DNA of 64,000 bases, from positions 124,001 through 188,000 of the IMG/VR virus record IMGVR_UViG_3300045256_000050; one strand, 5' to 3'. Every line of letters begins with the position of its first letter. Positions within the stretch are counted from its first letter, which is position 1. The notes beneath the pieces were generated by a model. It worked only from the letters and a program-made list of their open reading frames with translations, made no database searches and was not told the DNA's origin. The translations under genes and the position numbers were made by a program. Shown here in pieces: positions 1 to 9,116 of this stretch.

Positions 1-1
1 A

Positions 2-133
2 AGCCGTGAAACGAAGGAAATTGCTAAGAATGTGACTGTGAAAAATGAGAGCAGTCGCATAGATACCACCGTAATCAAAGAGACGTTGATCGCAGCCCTC
101 GGTGGGATCGTGAACTCAAAGGTTGCTGAATAA
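2..133 (+). CDS. 3' end of an upstream gene cut by the window edge (by synteny possibly prohead protease gp21)
   Basis: Open frame SRETKEIAKN...GIVNSKVAE* ending TAA 131-133 just before the scaffold gene; identity from T4 gene order only. Confidence 0.4.
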   Translation, partial: SRETKEIAKNVTVKNESSRIDTTVIKETLIAALGGIVNSKVAE

Positions 134-152
134 CATAGGCGAGGTTAACAAT

Positions 153-1076
153 ATGAACAAGGTACTAGAAGCTTTGAAGAAGATTCTGCCTGCCGAGCAT
201 GTGCAAGAAGTCGCAACGGCCGTTGAAGCCATGATCGCTGAAGCCGAGGCGAAGATCGAAGCTAAGAAGGAAAAGGAATTCAACGCTAAGCTCCTCGAAG
301 CTTACGACAAGGTTTCGGCTGAACTGCAAGAAGCAGAAGCAACGGCCGAGACGGGTTACAAGCAAGCTTTCGCTCACATTCAGGAGTTGACTCTGCGTCT
401 GGAACGCCAGCAGGAAGAGTTCGACAACCTGATGGACGAGGGCTTCAGCGAAGCATACGAGATGCTGGAGAAGGAACAGGCCAAGAACAACAATCTCGAA
501 GTCGAGATGTACGAAGAGTTCAACAACCGCCTGAAGCGGATGAAGGACATGTTCGTCGAGAAGTTCGACCAGTTCAGCCAAATCCAGTACGCCGAAATCT
601 ACGAAGCCGCTCGTCGGGACATCATGAATGACCCACGGATGGTGGAACACAAGGTCGCTCTGGACAAGATCATCGACATCGTTGGCAACTACGTTAGCGA
701 AGAAGACTTCGCTGGTGTAAACAGCACGAAGGTCAATGAGGCGTTCAAGGCGGTCGAAGACCTGAAGGGTCAAGTCCGGGTGCTGGAAGCCCGTAACGTG
801 CGTCTGTCCACTCAGAACAACAAGCTCAACGAGCAGGTTCGTGAGATGAACAACATGCTTACGGAAAGCACCAAAGTTGAAAAGCAAGAACGGAAGCGAG
901 TAGCAGGAACAGCAAGTGGGCGTGGAAGCAAGGTGCTTGGTGGTAAGGAGCAGATCATTGCCGAATACCACAATCCGCAGGCACAACAACAAGATGATGA
1001 CGGTCAATCGTTGGTTGAAAACAACGCAGCGTTGGAAGACCTGCTCGCTCTCGCCGGTTTGACGGAGCAAAAGTAA
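153..1076 (+). CDS. Prohead core/scaffolding protein (T4 gp22-like)
   Basis: Acidic coiled-coil protein directly upstream of the major capsid gene; GAGG RBS before ATG153. Confidence 0.7.
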   Translation: MNKVLEALKKILPAEHVQEVATAVEAMIAEAEAKIEAKKEKEFNAKLLEAYDKVSAELQEAEATAETGYKQAFAHIQELTLRLERQQEEFDNLMDEGFSEAYEMLEKEQAKNNNLEVEMYEEFNNRLKRMKDMFVEKFDQFSQIQYAEIYEAARRDIMNDPRMVEHKVALDKIIDIVGNYVSEEDFAGVNSTKVNEAFKAVEDLKGQVRVLEARNVRLSTQNNKLNEQVREMNNMLTESTKVEKQERKRVAGTASGRGSKVLGGKEQIIAEYHNPQAQQQDDDGQSLVENNAALEDLLALAGLTEQK

Positions 1077-1113
1077 GGTTCACTAACACTGAGAAATAAA
1101 GGAAACATAACCT

Positions 1114-2559
1114 ATGATGAATTCCCGATTCTTGAACGAAGCTAAGGCCATCGAACAAAAGTGGGCCAAGACTAAGCTTCTCAACAAGATTGAAGACCGC
1201 TTCACTCGTTCCGCCACTGCTGTTCTTCTGGAAAACCAGTGGTTGATGAATGAAGCGATGACGGATACGGGCGACATTGCCAGCTTCAAGCGTATTAGCA
1301 TTCCGCTGGTTCGCCGTATCTACCCGCAGTTGATTGCGAACAAGATTGTGTCGGTTCAGCCGCTTCTCGGCCCGACGGGTCTTGTGTACTACCTCCGCTT
1401 CCGCTACTCGTCCAACAAGGGCGGCATGCGTGGCGCAAGCCTCCAGGGCGGCTACCCGAGCGACGACGCAGCATCGCTGCAACAGTTGGCTTCCGGTGAC
1501 GGCAACCTGGAAATCTACTACACCCACCAGTTCGTACAGAACGAAGTTTCTTCGACGCATCCGGGTGGTAGCAGCGTAGCAGCAGTGTACGCACCGCTGG
1601 AACACACTCCGGTTCTTCCGGGTGCGTTCACCGGCACCGTGTACGACGGCAGCACCGCAATCCAGACCTTCATTGTGTCCACGTCTGGCGTGTTCACCTT
1701 CACGGACATCGGCACCCCGACCGTCAAGGCTCAGTCGAGCGGTTCGTCCATCGACCTGAACACCGGCGAAGTTGTTCTGCAATGGACCGGCGGCGATCCT
1801 GGTGACAACCACTTCGTTGCCTCCTACGAGTACAACATGGAGTGCAACCAAGACCTTCCTGAAGTCAACCTCGTCGTTGAGTCGGAAGAAATCGCAGCCA
1901 AGACCCGTAAGTTGAAGGCTGTGTGGAGCTACGAGGCTCAGCAAGACCTGCGTTCCCAGCACAACCTGGACGCCGAAGCTGAGTTGACGAGCGTCCTGGC
2001 TCAAGAAATTAACCTTGAAATCGACCGTGAAGTCCTCACCGACTTGCGTAACAACGCCGGTACGATTGCAGTGTGGGACTTCAACACCGCACTCGGCGAC
2101 ACGATCAAGGAAAAGTACGAGTCGCTGTACGTCAAGGTTGTGGAAGTTTCCAACGTCGTTCACCGTAAGACCCTCCGTGGCGGGTGCAACTGGCTCGTGA
2201 CTTCCCCGGAAGTTGCGTCCGTCTTCGAAACGGCAACCGCTGGTTTCGCACCGGCTCCTTCGGACACCTTCACGAGCAGCCTCGGCGTCCAGTACGTCGG
2301 CACCGTGAACAACCGTTGGCGTCTGTACAAAGACCCGCTGTTCCCGACGGGCCAAATCCTCATGGGTTACAAGGGCGACAGCTACATGGATAGCGGCTAC
2401 TTCTACTGCCCGTATGTTCCTCTTACGCAAACCCCGGTCGTTCTCGACCCGGAAAGCTTCTGCCCTCGGAAGGGTATCCTCACCCGGTACGGCAAGAAGT
2501 TGCTGCGTGAAGGGGCAAAATTCTACGCAAGAATGTCGATTGCCAACTTCGTTGTGTAA
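1114..2559 (+). CDS. g23: Major capsid protein, T4 gp23 family, with a ~100-aa inserted beta domain
   Basis: Motifs LVRRIYPQLIANKIVSVQP, AKTRKLKAVWSYEAQQDL, EINLEIDRE, GYKGDSYMDSGYFYCPYVPL, PRKGILTRY. Confidence 0.95.
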   Translation: MMNSRFLNEAKAIEQKWAKTKLLNKIEDRFTRSATAVLLENQWLMNEAMTDTGDIASFKRISIPLVRRIYPQLIANKIVSVQPLLGPTGLVYYLRFRYSSNKGGMRGASLQGGYPSDDAASLQQLASGDGNLEIYYTHQFVQNEVSSTHPGGSSVAAVYAPLEHTPVLPGAFTGTVYDGSTAIQTFIVSTSGVFTFTDIGTPTVKAQSSGSSIDLNTGEVVLQWTGGDPGDNHFVASYEYNMECNQDLPEVNLVVESEEIAAKTRKLKAVWSYEAQQDLRSQHNLDAEAELTSVLAQEINLEIDREVLTDLRNNAGTIAVWDFNTALGDTIKEKYESLYVKVVEVSNVVHRKTLRGGCNWLVTSPEVASVFETATAGFAPAPSDTFTSSLGVQYVGTVNNRWRLYKDPLFPTGQILMGYKGDSYMDSGYFYCPYVPLTQTPVVLDPESFCPRKGILTRYGKKLLREGAKFYARMSIANFVV

Positions 2560-2585
2560 TGCGATGGCTGCGTAGCAGCAAACTA

Positions 2586-2618
2586 AAGAACCCGGCCGAA
2601 AGGCCGGGTTTTCTTTTT
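2586..2618 (+). terminator. Rho-independent terminator after capsid gene
   Basis: AACCCGGCC-GAAA-GGCCGGGTT followed by TTCTTTTT. Confidence 0.85.
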
Positions 2619-2645
2619 GTAAGTTCTATGCCCGTGTGTTATCAT
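2617..2645 (+). promoter_or_regulatory. Sigma70-like promoter of the HNH gene
   Basis: TTGTAA-17 nt-TATCAT, 5 nt before ATG2651. Confidence 0.5.
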
Positions 2646-2650
2646 ATGGC

Positions 2651-3256
2651 ATGTCAAGACCCAAGTTCATTAAGATCACTGACGAAGATTTGAAGCAGTT
2701 CTGTGAATCAAAAGGCACGCAGTTCGTCCGTTCTTGGATTCAGAACAAGAAGACCCGTTTGGAGTACGTCTGCGGGTGCGGTCGGACGTGCGAGGCGTAC
2801 TGGACGAACTTCAAGAACTATCCGAACTGCAAGAAGTGCGGCTCGAAGAAGATTGCCGGGGTGAACTGCTACATGTACGACCCCGACCGTGAGGCGGTTG
2901 CACTGAGGAAAAGGTTCCGCAAGACCTGCGAGCGGCACATCCGCCGGTTCATGAAGGCCAGCGGCCAGAAGAAAACGAAGCACACCCACGAACTCCTCGG
3001 CTACACCCCGCAGCATCTTCAGGAACATATTTTGAACCACCCGGAGATGGCCCGGTGCGGAGAAGAGTGGCACATCGATCACATCTGGCCGATCCAGGCG
3101 TTCGTCGATCACGGGGTTTTCGACTTGAAATTAGTCAACTCGTTGAGTAACTTGAGGCCAATGCCCGGCAAGGAGAACCTTTCCAAAGCCGACAAGTACG
3201 ACGAAAAGGAGTTCGAGGCATGGATGCTGAAACAGCAGTGCAGGTTGCCGAACTAA
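2651..3256 (+). CDS. HNH homing endonuclease with N-terminal Cys motifs
   Basis: WHIDHIWPIQAF...NLRPMPGKENLSK; CGCG and CKKC motifs. Confidence 0.8.
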   Translation: MSRPKFIKITDEDLKQFCESKGTQFVRSWIQNKKTRLEYVCGCGRTCEAYWTNFKNYPNCKKCGSKKIAGVNCYMYDPDREAVALRKRFRKTCERHIRRFMKASGQKKTKHTHELLGYTPQHLQEHILNHPEMARCGEEWHIDHIWPIQAFVDHGVFDLKLVNSLSNLRPMPGKENLSKADKYDEKEFEAWMLKQQCRLPN

Positions 3257-3813
3257 ACAGGGTGGAGTCGAAGATCGCTCCAGTGGTTCTGGAGTTTTTC
3301 AATCAGCGAAGTCCTGGGTTCGAGTATCACATGGGCGATCTTCAGCAATACGTCGCCGCCAGAGCAGACATCTCACCTGATTCACCGAGCCGTATTCTCC
3401 GTGATCTGAAGCGAAAGGGTGAGATCAATTACGAGATCGTCAACCGGCGGCAGTCGCTTTACCGTTTCCTCGGTTTCATTGACGGTCGAAAGGAGAGGCC
3501 GCTTCACGAAATTCTTCGTGACATGGGTCTGGAAACACTGGATGAATACTACGTCACAGACGGCTGGGTTCAAAGACGGGAGCGGTATTTCGAAACTCAT
3601 GAGAGGCGATGCCGTCTTACAGGCCGAACAGACAACATCCAGCTTCACCACATTCGGTACACCAACCTCGGCAACGAACCGGACGCAGACCTTATGCCTC
3701 TCTGTGCTGAAGCACATGAGATGCTTCACTTGATCGTGAAGGAATACGGAGTTCCTTTAGAGAAAGCTCATCTCGTGTTCACCGCCATCAGGAACTTCAC
3801 CCTGGGTGCGTAA
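3220..3813 (+). CDS. HNH endonuclease with N-terminal helix-turn-helix-like region
   Basis: CRLTG...LHHIRY...LMPLCAEAHEMLH. Confidence 0.7.
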   Translation: MDAETAVQVAELNRVESKIAPVVLEFFNQRSPGFEYHMGDLQQYVAARADISPDSPSRILRDLKRKGEINYEIVNRRQSLYRFLGFIDGRKERPLHEILRDMGLETLDEYYVTDGWVQRRERYFETHERRCRLTGRTDNIQLHHIRYTNLGNEPDADLMPLCAEAHEMLHLIVKEYGVPLEKAHLVFTAIRNFTLGA

Positions 3814-3828
3814 AGCAGTGAAAACCAA

Positions 3829-3862
3829 CAACACCCGCCAGAAATGGCGGGTGTTTTCTTTT
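3829..3862 (+). terminator. Rho-independent terminator
   Basis: AACACCCGCCA-GAAA-TGGCGGGTGTT plus T-run. Confidence 0.85.
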
Positions 3863-3869
3863 ATAGGCT

Positions 3870-4160
3870 ATGACTCAACTCAAGTTCAAAGGCAAGTTCC
3901 AAGAAGCCTCCAACAAGCATCGTGGCCGCTGCTACCCCGACATGCTCCGACAATACTGTGCAGAGAAGCTGGAAAAGCTCGAACAGCGCAAGCCCCCGGT
4001 ACACGAAAACAAGCTGACGATGCGTCAGGTCTGGACGTGCCCGCTAACCGGCATTGACCACTACTGGCCGCATGACAAGGCTGAACCCGAACCGACATTC
4101 ACTAAATGTGTCAGATTCGCCTTCACCGGCGAGATCACCATCCCGAAGGACGAAGAATAA
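3870..4160 (+). CDS. Hypothetical protein
   Basis: 96-aa ORF, stop overlaps next ATG (TAATG). Confidence 0.55.
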   Translation: MTQLKFKGKFQEASNKHRGRCYPDMLRQYCAEKLEKLEQRKPPVHENKLTMRQVWTCPLTGIDHYWPHDKAEPEPTFTKCVRFAFTGEITIPKDEE

Positions 4161-4576
4161 TGGCATTACTCAAAGGCTTTCCACCCGCACAGCAGATCGG
4201 CTGCTTCATTCGGATCACGCCTCGTGATCTGGAATACACCCTGCTCCCACAGGACTTCACCTTCGTCAACGCCGGGCCACGGGGCTTCGTGTTCGACGTG
4301 GAGTGTAACCCAGGGCCGATGCAACTCGACCCGGACACCTGCGAACCGAGGTATCTCACCAGTCGGATCGTCATCACCAGGGACGAGCAACACATCTGGC
4401 CGATCTGGAGTCCGAATAAAGAACACATGGAGCGGGTACTGCACTCGGCCAAATACTTCCGTAAGGAGCTTAAGGAACGTGGCGAGAAGTACGAACGGTT
4501 CTACAACCACTGCAAGGCTCGTAAGCAGTGGGACCGACTTTACGTCGTCCCGGACTGCACCATCGTCATTGATTAA
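4160..4576 (+). CDS. Hypothetical protein
   Basis: ATG4160 coupled to upstream stop; phage-like codon bias. Confidence 0.55.
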   Translation: MALLKGFPPAQQIGCFIRITPRDLEYTLLPQDFTFVNAGPRGFVFDVECNPGPMQLDPDTCEPRYLTSRIVITRDEQHIWPIWSPNKEHMERVLHSAKYFRKELKERGEKYERFYNHCKARKQWDRLYVVPDCTIVID

Positions 4577-5031
4577 CTGTATTGCGGCCTGAGTTCGTCA
4601 GCATTCGGAACCGGAAGTTCCGGTTGTGACTCTTCCCACCCTTTCACGAAACCCAAGTACCATTGGTGGAAGTTGGATCGCATGTGGCGGCGCATGTTGC
4701 CGTAGACGTAGAACTGGCCGTTTTCGTCGGCGTGCTTACCGGCCTCGTAGCCGCTCATCGCTGCGTCGTTCTTCGGGATGAATGATTGCGTGCGACTCTT
4801 AAACTTGGACGGCCAGAGAGCTTGTGGCTTGCCAGAGCCTTGTGGGTGCGCAGTCGGCTGAGGTTGATTATCTTTGAAGTCGGCAAAATCATTCGGGCCT
4901 CGGATCACTGAATACCCAGGCGGAACTCTTTCGTCGTTCGGGAACTCCGTTGCGATTTCGGGAGTGCGTGTATGGAAACGGTTCTCCGGCTCTACCGCCA
5001 GTCTTTCCATGAATGATCGAAACGTAAGCAT
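4573..5031 (-). CDS. Hypothetical protein, candidate capsid-internal protein
   Basis: N-terminus MLTFRSFME; TAGATA 4 nt upstream. Confidence 0.6.
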   Translation of the reverse strand: MLTFRSFMERLAVEPENRFHTRTPEIATEFPNDERVPPGYSVIRGPNDFADFKDNQPQPTAHPQGSGKPQALWPSKFKSRTQSFIPKNDAAMSGYEAGKHADENGQFYVYGNMRRHMRSNFHQWYLGFVKGWEESQPELPVPNADELRPQYS

Positions 5032-5043
5032 GACGTATCTAGT

Positions 5044-5076
5044 AAAAAACCCGGCCAGTTGGCCGGGTTTTCTTTT
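5044..5076. terminator. Rho-independent terminator (T-runs on both strands)
   Basis: AAAACCCGGCC-AGTT-GGCCGGGTTTT. Confidence 0.8.
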
Positions 5077-5087
5077 AGTACACTACT

Positions 5088-5330
5088 TTACTTCTGGGCC
5101 GGGACGACCGGCGGTTGCAGCTTGTTCATGATCTTCTCTACTTCGGCTGCGAACTCAGCGACATCCAAAGCGATCTGCTTCGTGTCCGTTACAACCTCAG
5201 TGTAACGACCGGCCTTGATGTCGGCGATGATCTCCATCAAATCCTTGACGATATCTTCGCCTTCCTTCACAACAGGCACAACCTGTTCTGCCATTTGGGC
5301 TTTGCCCTTGATCCAACTCAAAATGCTCAT
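5088..5330 (-). CDS. Hypothetical helical protein
   Basis: GGAGGA RBS; TAGATA at 5359-5364 on minus strand. Confidence 0.6.
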   Translation of the reverse strand: MSILSWIKGKAQMAEQVVPVVKEGEDIVKDLMEIIADIKAGRYTEVVTDTKQIALDVAEFAAEVEKIMNKLQPPVVPAQK

Positions 5331-5363
5331 AAGTCCTCCTCAGACTTAAAGGATAACCTATCT

Positions 5364-5909
5364 ATGAATAACAACATTGTCTTCAAGCGGAAGTACCGCT
5401 ACACCCTCGAAGCCACCCTCCCAGGGGGCAACGTCGAACCCTTCTGGGTTAAGATCGGCTGTCGTCCCACAGACCCCATTGTCACCACGGGCGGGCACAG
5501 CGAACAACTCCACGTCATCGTCTACGAGATGGACTTAAACAACGAGTTCTGGAAGGTGATCCAGCCGTCGCTGCACGAGAATGTGCCGTTCGCCCCGGAA
5601 GACAAGCTCGGCACGTTTGTACTGAAGATGTACGACGGCTGCGGCATGCTGATGGAAACCCACACGATGAGCGAAGCCTACATCAGCAGTCTCGTCTTCG
5701 GTGACACTTACCCGGATGAATACGTCTGCTTCGAGTTCGACGTGCGATACCGCAAGTTGACATCCGTGCCGAACGGCGAGTACAAGTACATCCCGCCGAC
5801 GTTCGGTGGGCTGGGCCTTTGTGCAATACCGGCCCCGAAGACAAAGTGCCCGAACTGCCAGCACGAGTTCTTCGCCAGCCCGATCCCGAACCCCTCCATC
5901 ATTTACTGA
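5364..5909 (+). CDS. Diverged tail-tube (gp19-fold) paralog
   Basis: FKRKYRY and MYDGCG motifs shared with tube genes at 24-27 kb; C-terminal CPNC. Confidence 0.6.
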   Translation: MNNNIVFKRKYRYTLEATLPGGNVEPFWVKIGCRPTDPIVTTGGHSEQLHVIVYEMDLNNEFWKVIQPSLHENVPFAPEDKLGTFVLKMYDGCGMLMETHTMSEAYISSLVFGDTYPDEYVCFEFDVRYRKLTSVPNGEYKYIPPTFGGLGLCAIPAPKTKCPNCQHEFFASPIPNPSIIY

Positions 5910-6648
5910 TGAGGAAGTGGCCCTCGACTTCCTGAAGCCACGCCGCCTCGCCCATCATCTTCCTCATGTTCTCGTTGGCCCCTTCGTCCTTGTAGATCGG
6001 ATTCTCCCGGTAGTCGGCCTCGAACGCCTTGAAGTTGTTCGTGCCCTGTAAGGCACCACTCCAAGCCTGCTCGAACCAGTTGCCGATGCCGTTGGTCGTC
6101 GAAAGGGCGAAGCACTTGCCGTCCGTGGACAGCGTGGGGAAGACGCACGGCCACTTCTTGTCGAAGTCCTTAATGAACGCAACCTCGTCGATGATGAGAT
6201 GCGTCACCAGTCGCCCTCGGCACGCCTCCCATGTGTAGAAATCCATGCGGCTGTCGAGGGCGAACGTCTTCTCGTGCTTCGTGTTCTTCACCACCATCCG
6301 GGACATCCACTCCGGCAGGTTGTGGATCGCCCTGGAGACGAGTTCACTAACTTCCTCGGCCTCACGGTAGCTCGGCGACAGTACGAACACCCGCCTTTGC
6401 GGCTGGAAGATGCACTGCCACAGCCCGTACAGTGCCGACATGGTGAGGTAGCCAGCCGACCTGAATTTCTTCACTAACACAAATCTGTTTGTGTTATACG
6501 AGTCGAGCAGGCGGCGGTGGTAGTCGTGTAACTCGAAGGGCACCATGCCCAGCTTCGGGTGCATGATCTTCAGGTAATGCTGGCTGAAGTGGTCAAAGCT
6601 CATCGAGCAGTTGTAGCCCTCTTCCCAGATGGAGTGCGAGATTTTCAT
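5899..6648 (-). CDS. Stand-alone terminase-large-subunit-like ATPase domain, degenerate Walker A, no nuclease domain
   Basis: VPFELHDYH (adenine-binding), KKFRSAGYLT in place of KSRQxGKS/T, LIIDEVAF Walker B, STTNG; ends at WLQEVEGHF. Confidence 0.75.
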   Translation of the reverse strand: MKISHSIWEEGYNCSMSFDHFSQHYLKIMHPKLGMVPFELHDYHRRLLDSYNTNRFVLVKKFRSAGYLTMSALYGLWQCIFQPQRRVFVLSPSYREAEEVSELVSRAIHNLPEWMSRMVVKNTKHEKTFALDSRMDFYTWEACRGRLVTHLIIDEVAFIKDFDKKWPCVFPTLSTDGKCFALSTTNGIGNWFEQAWSGALQGTNNFKAFEADYRENPIYKDEGANENMRKMMGEAAWLQEVEGHFLISK

Positions 6649-6653
6649 ACCCT

Positions 6654-6708
6654 ATTGTAGTTTTACTTTTTTACTTCGCAGCAAAAAAGTAAACAAACAT
6701 CCTATAAT
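6654..6708. promoter_or_regulatory. Divergent -10 boxes flanking an inverted repeat
   Basis: Minus TACAAT-5 nt-ATG6648; plus TATAAT-5 nt-ATG6714; TTTACTTTTTT/AAAAAAGTAAA inverted repeat between. Confidence 0.5.
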
Positions 6709-6713
6709 ACGGT

Positions 6714-7064
6714 ATGACACTAGAAGAAACCATCACCGCCCTCCGGTCGCACCTGGAGGCGTGGTACGAGAAGCGTAAGACCCAGGCCCACGACGGCCGG
6801 GAAGTGCCCAAAGCCTACAACGGCATCCAGCCGATCAACCCTCGGGAGTTGAAGACGGCAGCCGACGAGTTCCTGAGCCAGCACCCGGAATGCAAGGAAC
6901 ACGAATTTGACTTGTACTACGACTTCGTGGTGAAGGACGAGAGCTTCACTCCGGGCTGTATCTGCGGGGACGGCTGTGACGTATTCGCCCACGTCACCAC
7001 GACCGGCGTGAGAGTTCAGGCGATGGATTGGGATAAGCTCGGTCGGCTAGGAGTCGGAGAATGA
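6714..7064 (+). CDS. Hypothetical protein
   Basis: 116-aa ORF coupled to next gene (ATGA). Confidence 0.55.
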   Translation: MTLEETITALRSHLEAWYEKRKTQAHDGREVPKAYNGIQPINPRELKTAADEFLSQHPECKEHEFDLYYDFVVKDESFTPGCICGDGCDVFAHVTTTGVRVQAMDWDKLGRLGVGE

Positions 7065-7831
7065 AGCTCGGCATCTCGTACCCCGTCTTCCACGGCGAGG
7101 AGTTTTTGGAATACACGGTCCGAAGCATCCGCAATCAGGTCGATTGGGTCGGGGTTGTCTACCAAGACTTGTCGTTCAATAGCAACCCAGCACGACCCGA
7201 GATGATCGAACACCTTCACCGACTCAAGGCCAGCGGTCTGATCGACTGCGTTGCCAAATACGACCCTGACTTTTCACTCCGTTACAAAGTCAACGAGGCC
7301 AATGCCAGGAACGTCGGACTGGACTGTGCCATAGCAGCAGGGTGTACGCACCACATCACGGCGGACGTGGACGAGATGTACCTGCCGCACCAGTTGGAGT
7401 ATGTGAAGAAGAACTTCGGGGATCACGATTGCTGTGTGGCCCACTGCGAGGGGTACTACAAGAAGCCGACCTGGAAGCTGGTGCCGCCACCGGACCAACT
7501 GATGCCTATCATTCACACGGTCAACACCCGCTGCGACGTGAACGCCACGTTCCCGGTGCCCCAGGACGACTCACGGAAGATGAAGACGGAGAAGTGTTGG
7601 ATTCTCCGGCGGGACGAGTTTGTTGTCCACCACATGAGCTACGTCAGGAAGAACCTCGTCGAGAAGATCGAGAACACCACCCACAAGTACAAGAGCCATG
7701 CGAAATTCGTGGAAGAGTTTCGTAAATACAACTTAGGAGATAGAGTGCGACTCGCCCCGGACTTCCTCAACCGAAGGACCGTGTTGGTAGAGAACACGTT
7801 CAACATTCCCGAGGAAGTATATGACAGCTAG
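7061..7831 (+). CDS. Glycosyltransferase, GT-A fold (family 2-like)
   Basis: ISYPVFHGEEFLEYTVRSIRNQVD; DxD-like TADVDEMY. Confidence 0.7.
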   Translation: MKLGISYPVFHGEEFLEYTVRSIRNQVDWVGVVYQDLSFNSNPARPEMIEHLHRLKASGLIDCVAKYDPDFSLRYKVNEANARNVGLDCAIAAGCTHHITADVDEMYLPHQLEYVKKNFGDHDCCVAHCEGYYKKPTWKLVPPPDQLMPIIHTVNTRCDVNATFPVPQDDSRKMKTEKCWILRRDEFVVHHMSYVRKNLVEKIENTTHKYKSHAKFVEEFRKYNLGDRVRLAPDFLNRRTVLVENTFNIPEEVYDS

Positions 7832-8183
7832 TTCTGTAACAGGAAAGGGACCGGGTTCATCCAACAAGCCGACGCTCGCCGACCTTTCGATTGCCGCCGG
7901 TGGCCCCCAGATCGTGATCGCCGACGTTCTTCACACCAGTGCGGTTGACAACGCCAGCCCGCCTGCGTCTGGCGGCACGGTCGTTTTCCCGACCCCGCTG
8001 CCCGGTGGTTCGGAGAAGTATGTGGTTAACTTGACGACCGTCAGCGGCGGCCTCGCCTATCTGGTTGATTTGGATGAAAACGATGACGGGGATTTCGTAG
8101 GGTTCAGCGTAATCGTCAATACCGAGTGCGATGTTCACTACATGGTGGCGAAGAAGGGCTACAAGCCGAGCGACGTTCGCTAA
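7821..8183 (+). CDS. Hypothetical, probably virion structural beta protein
   Basis: S/T/G/V-rich, MTASSVTGKGPGS start. Confidence 0.5.
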   Translation: MTASSVTGKGPGSSNKPTLADLSIAAGGPQIVIADVLHTSAVDNASPPASGGTVVFPTPLPGGSEKYVVNLTTVSGGLAYLVDLDENDDGDFVGFSVIVNTECDVHYMVAKKGYKPSDVR

Positions 8184-8449
8184 AGAAGGACGAAGGCGTC
8201 GGCCGGGACCATCCAGACGTAACCACGCTGTTCTTCAATGTTCAGCTTTGCGAAGCGGGCCTCTTCGGTCCGCTTCTTTGCTTTGCGGACCTTCATCGGC
8301 TCGGACCAGTCGAGGCTGGAGATTTCCAACTCCTCGCCCTCGTCGAACGTCCACTCCTCAAGGGTGTGCGGATCACCGTACTTGTCGTGATCGAGGCGAG
8401 CGAGCAACGTGATGCTCTTGGTGAATTTGACTCTCAAGTCTGGTCCCAC
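8180..8449 (-). CDS. Hypothetical protein
   Basis: 89-aa ORF convergent with 7821-8183. Confidence 0.45.
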   Translation of the reverse strand: MGPDLRVKFTKSITLLARLDHDKYGDPHTLEEWTFDEGEELEISSLDWSEPMKVRKAKKRTEEARFAKLNIEEQRGYVWMVPADAFVLL

Positions 8450-9081
8450 TTCAGGTGTTGAACTTGCTTGTACTGTTGTTTTAGATACTGTTCGACACGG
8501 GGCGAGATCACCCGGAACCTAGTATAGAATGGGCCGAACGAGGATGCAACAGCGGCCATTGTCGGGCTGACTTTCAGTTCTTCTGGTTTGATCTGGCCGA
8601 TGACCTGTCGGATGGCCTCCATCGCCTTCTGAACCGAACCGAAGTTCCGCAAGTCCAGGCGAGCCACCATCTCGGCGTTCTCGTGCTGGCTGTTGTTCAT
8701 CAAATTCTGGACGTTCGACAGGAACTTCTGGCCCAGGGCGACCACCGGCTTGAGGAGTCCGGCGAGGGCCGGGTGGTTCCGAGACGTGGTGATGTAAAGG
8801 TACGTCAACCAGTCGGGATCAGTTTCCGTCCCATGAGACTGTTCGGGGGACATGAAGTCCGGGGTTCCAGAGATGGCAGTACGGCCACGGTTACGGATGT
8901 ATGGGTCGAGTTGCTGTACAGCCGACACGATCTGCATCACCTTGTTGTTCAAGATCGCAGTCGGGGAGGCGTGGTAGGTCGTCGTGGCGGCGAACGCATC
9001 GGGTTGCTTCTCACCGTCATCCATGAAGACGTAAGATTTAGTTGCGGCGTCGTCCTGCTCTATGAAGTCTCTGAAACGCAT
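8434..9081 (-). CDS. Hypothetical protein, candidate capsid-internal protein
   Basis: N-terminus MRFRDFIEQ; TAGATA 5 nt upstream. Confidence 0.6.
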   Translation of the reverse strand: MRFRDFIEQDDAATKSYVFMDDGEKQPDAFAATTTYHASPTAILNNKVMQIVSAVQQLDPYIRNRGRTAISGTPDFMSPEQSHGTETDPDWLTYLYITTSRNHPALAGLLKPVVALGQKFLSNVQNLMNNSQHENAEMVARLDLRNFGSVQKAMEAIRQVIGQIKPEELKVSPTMAAVASSFGPFYTRFRVISPRVEQYLKQQYKQVQHLKWDQT

Positions 9082-9116
9082 CAGTCTATCTACGGTCCTC
9101 GTCACTCTTTTACTTC

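Noticed and set aside
5115-5363. Upstream extensions of ORF-track starts (also 14236, 19056, 27950, 43541, 45202, 53345)
   Set aside because: They overlap opposite-strand genes; downstream ATGs with RBS or promoter and homologous N-termini were chosen instead.
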